Shown here one piece after another: positions 14,686 to 20,495 of a stretch of DNA of 32,000 nucleotides; the first letter of the stretch is position 1, and every line of letters starts with the position of its first letter. Location: contig NC_013202.1 of assembly GCF_000023965.1 (NCBI RefSeq), positions 1,290,001 to 1,322,000 of the forward strand, read 5' to 3'. This DNA comes from Halomicrobium mukohataei DSM 12286. GTDB lineage: Archaea > Halobacteriota > Halobacteria > Halobacteriales > Haloarculaceae. The position numbers and the translations under genes were made by a program. The notes beneath the pieces were generated by a model. The model did not search any database and had not been told where the DNA came from. It saw only the letters and a list, made by a program, of their open reading frames with translations.

Positions 14686-15710
14686 GATTCTCGTTCCAGC
14701 GCCACGAGCTGCCGACGGACGATCCGTTCGGGATCGCGCGTGGCACCACGACGACCGCAGCCGTCGTGACGGTCGAAATAACACACGAAGGCACTACCGG
14801 CGTTGGCGGCGCAGCGCCCAGCGAGTACTACGGCGAGACGGCGGCATCGGTCCGTGACGCCCTCGAAGCCCTCCGGCCGGTCGTCGAAGCGTGGGACGAT
14901 CCCCACGCGGGCCAGCGGGTGGCGAACGCGCTCGCGACACGGCTTCCCGACGCCGCTGCTGCCCGGGCGGCCGTCTCGACGGCGCTCGCGGACCTGGCGG
15001 CGCGGGACCTCGGCGTCCCCTGCTATCGGCAGTGGGGGCTCGATCCGGCGGCGGCCCCCCGAACCTCGTACACGGTCGCCATCGCCGACCCCGAGACGAT
15101 GGCCGAGCGAGCCGAGCGCGCGGTAGCGGCCGGCTACGACACGCTGAAAGTGAAAGTCGGGACCGACGACGATCGGAGTCGCATTCGAGCGGTCCGGCGC
15201 GGCGCGCCCGACGCGACGCTGCGGGTCGACGCCAACTGCGCGTGGAGCCCCGCGGAAGCCATCGAGCAGGCCGGCTGGCTGGCCGAGCGTGACGTGCAGT
15301 TCCTCGAACAACCGGTAGCGGCCGACGATCTGGACGGACTGGAACGGGTCGCCAGCGCCACGTCGCTGCCGATCTGTGCCGACGAGAGCTGTGTCGCCGC
15401 CCCGGACGTGCCACGCGTGGCCGACGCCTGCGACCTCGTGACGGTGAAACTGATGAAGTGTGGCGGCGTCCGTCCCGCAGTCGAACAGATCCACGCCGCG
15501 CACGCACACGGGCTCGACGTGATGCTCGGCTGTATGCTCGAATCGAACGCGTCGATCGCGCCGGCCTGGCACCTCGCGCCGCTCGTCGAGTACGCCGACC
15601 TCGACGGGGCGGCTCTCCTGTCGAGAGACCCGTACGCCGGCGTTTCCCTCGACGGCAGACGGGCAGACCTCGGGAGTATCACGCGGGGGACGGGCGCTCG
15701 CCGGTGCTGA
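14682..15710 (+). CDS. Enolase-superfamily dipeptide epimerase (L-Ala-D/L-Glu epimerase / DgcA-like)
   Basis: 342 aa with a GTG start. Shows the MR/MLE-subgroup signature: KxK (TLKVKVG), metal ligands in LRVDANCAW, FLEQP and ICADES, and the second catalytic Lys in VTVKLMKCGG. Confidence 0.8.
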   Translation: MRFSFQRHELPTDDPFGIARGTTTTAAVVTVEITHEGTTGVGGAAPSEYYGETAASVRDALEALRPVVEAWDDPHAGQRVANALATRLPDAAAARAAVSTALADLAARDLGVPCYRQWGLDPAAAPRTSYTVAIADPETMAERAERAVAAGYDTLKVKVGTDDDRSRIRAVRRGAPDATLRVDANCAWSPAEAIEQAGWLAERDVQFLEQPVAADDLDGLERVASATSLPICADESCVAAPDVPRVADACDLVTVKLMKCGGVRPAVEQIHAAHAHGLDVMLGCMLESNASIAPAWHLAPLVEYADLDGAALLSRDPYAGVSLDGRRADLGSITRGTGARRC

Positions 15711-15775
15711 TACCGTCGGCTGGGCCGTCCGTCAGAAAGACGCCGTCTGCCGAGGGCGGACAGTCGCTCGTACGA

Positions 15776-15843
15776 CCGGCTGTACATCTGTCACGGATTT
15801 TGCCACCCCGGGGTGGCGAAGATCTGCACGAAGGGACAGCCGG
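15776..15843. repeat. 68-bp palindromic intergenic element, copy E2
   Basis: CCGGCTGT (15776-15783) pairs with ACAGCCGG (15836-15843), around a perfect 16-bp palindrome GCCACCCCGGGGTGGC (15802-15817). Both share the same symmetry centre. It aligns at 50/68 positions with 22908-22975. Located between convergent gene ends. Confidence 0.75.
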
Positions 15844-15848
15844 CAGCA

Positions 15849-17627
15849 TCACAGCCAGTCGGCGAACGTGTCGTGCTCGCGGCTCAGCTCGTAGTAGTCG
15901 CGCTGGGCCTCACAGATCGCGTCGGGCAGGTCGTGCTCCGAGAGGTACTCGCCGACCCGATCGAGCTTCCACCGGCTCGGAGTCGTCCCGAGTGTCCGTC
16001 GCCGCTCGATCGGTGCCAGCATCTCGTCGATCTGACTCTCGGGAACGTCCTGGCTCGCCAGTCCCCGCCGGGCGTACTCGAACACCTCGTCGTAAATCGC
16101 GTCGTGGTCGGTCGTGCGCTGGCCGTCGGCGGTCACCCAGGCCAGGTCGGCGCCTGGCCCCTCGCGGGCGGCGCTGTAGAAGCTCGCCTCTGCGTCCTGC
16201 CAGGGGAGTTCCGCGAGCGGATGATCGGCGACGACCAGCCCGCGGAGCAGGCCGGCCGTCAGCACCTGGACGGCGATCGTGTCCGCGACCGTCGGCTGGG
16301 TGGGGATCGGCCGATACTCGATGCGCAGGGACCGCTCGTCACCGGCTCCGTCGACGGGATCGCCCCCGATCACGCAGCGCAGCCACCGCCAGTAGGTCCC
16401 CCGCTTGTGGTCGAACTCCCAGTAGGTGTCGTGGAGTCCGCTCCGAGAGCCCTCCTCGATCCACTCCCGGAGGAACGGGGCAAACAGGTCGTCCTCGACG
16501 ACGCGGTCGACGACCTCGGTCGTCGTCTCGATGTCGCTGGGGACCCGTACCTTGGGGTTCTCGCTGGTGTTGACCGACTGCTCGAAGGCGGCGATCCGCA
16601 GCTCGTGGTGGGTGTCTTCCAGCAGCGCCCGCGGGTCCTCGACCGCGTCGTACATGTCCGCCGGCAGGAGCGGCGAGTTCGCCGTCAGCGCGACCATCGG
16701 CCCCAGCGTCCGGATCGCCGCGTTGTAGTAGGCCGGAAACGCGTCGCTGTCGGGGATCTGGAGGTGTGGCTGGACCGAGGAGGTCAGGGACTCGAAGAGG
16801 ATCGTCGGGAACGAGTGACTCGCGCCGGGCACCGAGAAGTCGATCTCGCCGCCGGCATGAGCCAGCGCCTCGTTGTCCAGCGCCACGTAGCGGGGATCCT
16901 GTCGCATGTTCCGGGCGAAGACGATCCCGTCGCGTTCCTCGACGTCCGAGAGGTACGACACGCTCCCCTCCGCTGGCGGGATCGTCCACATCGCGTCGAG
17001 GACGAGCGTCCGGTTCTCCTGACGGGCCGCGTCGAGGGCCTTCTTGATGCGCATCTCGATCGAGGTCGTCTGGACCGCCAGCCCGGTCGGGCCGAGCACG
17101 TCGGGATCGGTGTTGATCTCCGCGTTGTGGACGCCCAGCTCCTTGGCCGCAGCGGTCCCGAAGATCGACTCCGGGAGCTCGGCGAGTCGCCCCTCCCAGT
17201 CGTCGGGGTCCATGTACGGCTCCTCGCCCTGCCCGTCGGTGTCGTCCGGCTCCAGCGGCGCGTCCTCGTCCCGATCGCCGGCTGGCTCCAGCGAACCGAG
17301 GCCGCCGCTCCCCCCGCTCAGGTCGTCGTCCAGCGCCGCCTCGCTCGACCGAGCCGACGCCTCCGGGTCGTCCGCGGCGGGCTCTGGCTCGGCGTCGATC
17401 GCGTACACCTCGACTTCGAGTCCGACCGCGAAGTCCTCGTTGTCGAACGCGCCCGCCTCGATCGCGTCGCGTAGCTGGTCGGCCTGCTCGGCGATCCGTT
17501 CACGAAACTCCGCGTCGCTCTCCCCCGACAGCGACCGTCTCACCAGGTCGACCACGTCGTCCATGGCAGTGGTATGCGCGACCGGGGGAATTAGTGTTGT
17601 GCCTCTTGGGTCAGAGTGCCGAGACAT
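15849..17627 (-). CDS. GCS2-type carboxylate-amine ligase (glutamate-cysteine-ligase family 2-like)
   Basis: 592 aa. Family-typical blocks are present: FAVGLEVEVYAID, ELGVHNAEINTDP, SSVQPHLQIPD..AIRTLGPMVALTANSPLLP and LRIEYRPIPTQPTV. An acidic low-complexity stretch lies between the first two blocks. An alternative start is ATG 17564 (MDDVVDLV..). Confidence 0.65.
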   Translation of the reverse strand: MSRHSDPRGTTLIPPVAHTTAMDDVVDLVRRSLSGESDAEFRERIAEQADQLRDAIEAGAFDNEDFAVGLEVEVYAIDAEPEPAADDPEASARSSEAALDDDLSGGSGGLGSLEPAGDRDEDAPLEPDDTDGQGEEPYMDPDDWEGRLAELPESIFGTAAAKELGVHNAEINTDPDVLGPTGLAVQTTSIEMRIKKALDAARQENRTLVLDAMWTIPPAEGSVSYLSDVEERDGIVFARNMRQDPRYVALDNEALAHAGGEIDFSVPGASHSFPTILFESLTSSVQPHLQIPDSDAFPAYYNAAIRTLGPMVALTANSPLLPADMYDAVEDPRALLEDTHHELRIAAFEQSVNTSENPKVRVPSDIETTTEVVDRVVEDDLFAPFLREWIEEGSRSGLHDTYWEFDHKRGTYWRWLRCVIGGDPVDGAGDERSLRIEYRPIPTQPTVADTIAVQVLTAGLLRGLVVADHPLAELPWQDAEASFYSAAREGPGADLAWVTADGQRTTDHDAIYDEVFEYARRGLASQDVPESQIDEMLAPIERRRTLGTTPSRWKLDRVGEYLSEHDLPDAICEAQRDYYELSREHDTFADWL

Positions 17628-17699
17628 CGGCCTCGCGGCCGCGAGCGACTCGCCGAACTCGCGTCTGCGCGATCCGTGCTCGCCCCGGCCGGCCCCGCG

Positions 17700-18212
17700 C
17701 TACTCGAACAGCTCCTCGTGGCGGGCCGCGAGGTTGGCGTAGTCGCCCGACGAGAAGGCTTCGAACACGGCTTCGGGGTCGATGGTCGTCTCGGACAGCG
17801 GCGTCACGGAGGCGGGGCTCCCACGGACGAACGAGTCCGGGGGGACGTCGTATCCCGGCGGCACGACCGTCCCCATCGCGACGATGGAACCGGAGCCGAT
17901 CGTCGCCTCGCTGACCGTCGAGTTGAATCCGACGAGCGCGCCGTCCTCAACGGTCGCGTCGTTGAGCACGGCCCCGTGTCCGACCATCACGTTCTCGCCG
18001 ACCGTCGAGGCGTGTAGCGTGGCGTTGTCGCCGATGGCGCTCTCTCGTCCCACCTCGACCGGTGCCACGTCTCCCCGGAGGACGACGCCGGGCCAGACGT
18101 TCGCGTTGGCCTCGATCCGCACGTCGCCGACGACGGTCGCGTCGCGGCTGACGTGTGCGTAGCCGTTGATCGTCGGCGTCTCCCCTTCGAACGAGTACTC
18201 GCGACTGTCCAT
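17700..18212 (-). CDS. Gamma-carbonic-anhydrase-like left-handed beta-helix (hexapeptide repeat) protein
   Basis: The track ORF extends to 18326, but the ATG at 18212 gives MDSREYSFEGETPTINGYAHVSRDATVVGDVRIEANANVWPGVVLRGDVAPVEVGRESAIGDNATLH..., the canonical N-terminus and hexapeptide periodicity of the gamma-CA/YrdA/PaaY family. A T-rich box lies about 27 nt upstream. Confidence 0.85.
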   Translation of the reverse strand: MDSREYSFEGETPTINGYAHVSRDATVVGDVRIEANANVWPGVVLRGDVAPVEVGRESAIGDNATLHASTVGENVMVGHGAVLNDATVEDGALVGFNSTVSEATIGSGSIVAMGTVVPPGYDVPPDSFVRGSPASVTPLSETTIDPEAVFEAFSSGDYANLAARHEELFE

Positions 18213-18259
18213 ACACAGTGTAGGGAGGCGGTCGGCAAAAAGTGTCGGTCGAACTATAC

Positions 18260-18276
18260 GGCGGTGTTCAGATATG
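18260..18276. mobile_element. Solo IS6-type terminal repeat remnant
   Basis: GGCGGTGTTCAGATATG matches the MITE/IS terminal repeat consensus GGTRGTGTTCAGATAAG at 15/17. Only about 55 bp separate it from the stop of the signal peptidase gene, so no element body remains. Confidence 0.55.
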
Positions 18277-18329
18277 GCTGAAAAGTGAAGCGGTACGTTT
18301 TCAAAGTGATCTATGCCGGCGCTCACCGG

Positions 18330-19502
18330 TCAGTCCAGACGACGGCGGAGTCTGGTCCCCAGTGACGCGTTCCCGCCCTCGCGGACCCTGACGGTCCGGA
18401 ACCCGACGACGCGACTCACCACGAGCGTCGTGACGCCCACCAGCACGGCGTTGACCGCGGCGAGTGCGAGCAGCGGGTGTCGCTCGTGGAGTGTGGCGAC
18501 GACCGGGGCGGGCAGCACGTGGAGATAGCGATACTCCGTCACCGACAGGACCGTCTGCTCGCCCGGTTCGGGTGCGGTCGCCGACACCGACAGCGTCGCG
18601 GCCTGTCCGGGCCCTACGGTCAGTTGCTCGTCGAGGACGCTGGTGCCGGCACTCTCTCCCTCGAACACGAGCACGATCGGGACCAGTCCGTAGTTGTCGA
18701 CACCGATCTCCCAGGTGGCGTCGTCGCCGGGGACGATGTCTGGGCTCTGGGCGACGGTGTCGCCGTCGACGACCAGCTCCTGCGTTCCGCCGCCCGCGAG
18801 CATGGCGGCGTTGGCCGGGACCAGCACTGCGAGCACCAGCAGTATCGTCGCCGTTCGCGCGTCGAGCAGTCCGGGGCGGTCGCGCGAACGATCGGTGCTG
18901 CGCTTTCGTTCGTCGTCGACCACGAGCGTGAGGGCAAACAGTACGAACCCCACGGCAAAGAGGAGGACACCCGAGCCCTGCCGGTCCAGCGAATCGCCGA
19001 AGCCGACGAGCTCGGCGAAGCCGGACTGCAGCGCGAGAATGCCGTCCTGGACCGCACCGACTCCGACGCCGAGCGCCGGGATGACGACGACCGTGCCGTC
19101 GATCTGGAGCGCGTGGGCGACGATCTGATCGTCGGTCACCGGCGGCTCGGGACCGTCCTGGTCGGTAAAGGGGTTGGCGTCGCCCTTCGTGATGTATCCC
19201 TCGTCGGTCTCGCCGACGACGCGGTGGGTGGTCAGCCCACCGCCCTGGAGCTCTCTGGCCTCGTAGACGATCACGTCACCTTCGTCGACGCTTCCGGCGA
19301 GGATCGACGGCACCGCGACGAAGCCGTCGCCGGTGTCGATCGTCGGTTCCATGCTCCCCGTCTCGACGTACGAAAACAGGATCGGCTGGCCGAGGATCGC
19401 CCCGAGTACCAGCGCCGCGACGGCGACGATCGCGGCCACTTCGAGCGCGGTCCCGACGGTCGCGCGAACTGACACGGGGCGACGTAGACGCCCGAGCGAC
19501 AA
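18330..19502 (-). CDS. Signal peptidase I, archaeal/ER (S26B, SipW-like) type, with about 230-aa C-terminal multi-TM extension
   Basis: 390 aa as listed. The listed start is TTG (19502-19500), and a GTG at 19475 is an alternative. Has an N-terminal TM, the catalytic Ser box SYVETGSMEPT, the His box TTHRVV (Ser/His type) and GDAN. Extra TM helices and a beta-rich domain then follow (QELVVDGDTVAQSPDIVPGDDATWEIGVDNYGLVPIVLVFEG...ATLSVSATAPEPGEQTV). A final TM helix closes the protein. Confidence 0.85.
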   Translation of the reverse strand: MSLGRLRRPVSVRATVGTALEVAAIVAVAALVLGAILGQPILFSYVETGSMEPTIDTGDGFVAVPSILAGSVDEGDVIVYEARELQGGGLTTHRVVGETDEGYITKGDANPFTDQDGPEPPVTDDQIVAHALQIDGTVVVIPALGVGVGAVQDGILALQSGFAELVGFGDSLDRQGSGVLLFAVGFVLFALTLVVDDERKRSTDRSRDRPGLLDARTATILLVLAVLVPANAAMLAGGGTQELVVDGDTVAQSPDIVPGDDATWEIGVDNYGLVPIVLVFEGESAGTSVLDEQLTVGPGQAATLSVSATAPEPGEQTVLSVTEYRYLHVLPAPVVATLHERHPLLALAAVNAVLVGVTTLVVSRVVGFRTVRVREGGNASLGTRLRRRLD

Positions 19503-19517
19503 AAGCGTTCTCGGCCG

Positions 19518-20405
19518 TCAGATCGGTGTTTCCTCGCCCGGCAACTGGGCCCCGACTTCGACGGTCGTGTACGTCGCGATGAACCCCAGCGCGTAGCCCA
19601 GCAGGTGAACGTAGACGTTGACCACGGTTGCTCCCGTCGCTGCCGTCGGCGGGAAGGCGACGAAGAAAAACGAGACGAAGACGACGCCGGAAAAGCCCAG
19701 TAGCTCGGCGTTGCCCGGCCGATAGGAGATCCCGCGGAGCTTCCGGACGACATCCGTCACACGATCCGGGGCCGAGAGCCAGTACAGCAGCGCCGCCAGG
19801 ATCGCGGTCAAGATCAGTCCGGCAGTGCCCAGCCACACCGTCGCCCGATCTCGCTGGACCGACTGGACGCTCAGCCCCGCGACGAGTGCGATACCCAGGA
19901 AGAAGAGGGTCGGTGCGACCGTCTCACTGGGTCCCACGTCGGCGTGGACTTCGAGGTGGTCTGCCAGTGCCAGCGGGAGGTAGCCGACGAAGGCCATCGT
20001 CACTCCGGAGAAACCGGTGCCGGCGGCCGGACGAACGACCGCCAGATTGAGGTACGACAGCAAGACCGGGAACACCAGGACGAACGTGAAGAAAGCCGCG
20101 AAAAAGCGGCTCCGACGCCCGCTCGCGACGCTCAGCAGGTACGCCACCGGGACGACGAGGAAGTATCCTACGACGTTGACCGCGAGATGGGTCGTGGTGA
20201 GGTGGACGAACGGCGCAGTCGCCGCCGTCAGTAACGTCGGTTCCGTGTACTCGAAGACCAGTGACTGCCGCGTCGACAGCGGCAGGAGAAAGATCAGGCC
20301 CAGCACTATCGGAACTGAAAACAGGACCGCGATGTCGGTCGGGTGGAAGCCACTCCAGCGTGGCGAGATCCGGCCAGAACTCTCGACGGTGTTCCGATTG
20401 CTCAT
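19518..20405 (-). CDS. Rhomboid-family intramembrane serine protease
   Basis: The track ORF (to 20456) begins at a TTG. The first ATG at 20405 gives MSNRNTVESSG... It is polytopic with the three rhomboid signatures in order: HxxxN (HLAVN), the GxSG catalytic serine (GFSGV) and HxxGxxxG (HLLGYALG). Confidence 0.8.
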   Translation of the reverse strand: MSNRNTVESSGRISPRWSGFHPTDIAVLFSVPIVLGLIFLLPLSTRQSLVFEYTEPTLLTAATAPFVHLTTTHLAVNVVGYFLVVPVAYLLSVASGRRSRFFAAFFTFVLVFPVLLSYLNLAVVRPAAGTGFSGVTMAFVGYLPLALADHLEVHADVGPSETVAPTLFFLGIALVAGLSVQSVQRDRATVWLGTAGLILTAILAALLYWLSAPDRVTDVVRKLRGISYRPGNAELLGFSGVVFVSFFFVAFPPTAATGATVVNVYVHLLGYALGFIATYTTVEVGAQLPGEETPI

Positions 20406-20495
20406 AACGAGCTCGATCGGAGATGCGCCCGTCTCACGCTTGAGCGTTCTCGCCAAAATATCAGAGCTGAAAATTGGATTCGGTCCCAGAGTCGC

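Noticed and set aside
12778-14784. 668-aa minus-strand ORF, the longest of many long ORFs in the track. Others include 2044..3573(+), 393..1397(+), 4423..5628(-), 10826..12073(+), 15813..17474(+), 20343..22052(+), 22899..24125(+), 25819..26808(-), 27704..28690(-), 28778..29764(-) and 30954..31898(-).
   Set aside because: All lie antisense to, or out of frame with, genes that have clear family signatures. Their products are Arg/Pro/Gly/Ala-rich and basic, the usual stop-poor shadow frames of high-GC DNA. Genuine proteins here are strongly acidic.
17632-17645. Perfect 14-bp palindrome CTCGCGGCCGCGAG between the gamma-CA-like gene end and the GCS2 gene start, considered as another member of the palindromic repeat family or as a terminator.
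   Set aside because: It has no sequence similarity to the CCGGCTGT...ACAGCCGG elements and no adjacent T-run. A short GC palindrome in GC-rich DNA is weak evidence on its own.
18213-18326. N-terminal extensions offered by the ORF track: 17700..18326, 25221..25733, 12258..12674, 1391..2155, 29685..30356, 19518..20456 and 27721..28773.
   Set aside because: The extensions overlap upstream genes, promoters or TATA boxes, or begin at TTG/GTG codons. Internal ATG/GTG starts give canonical family N-termini at leaderless spacing from a TATA-like box. Shorter coordinates were reported instead.
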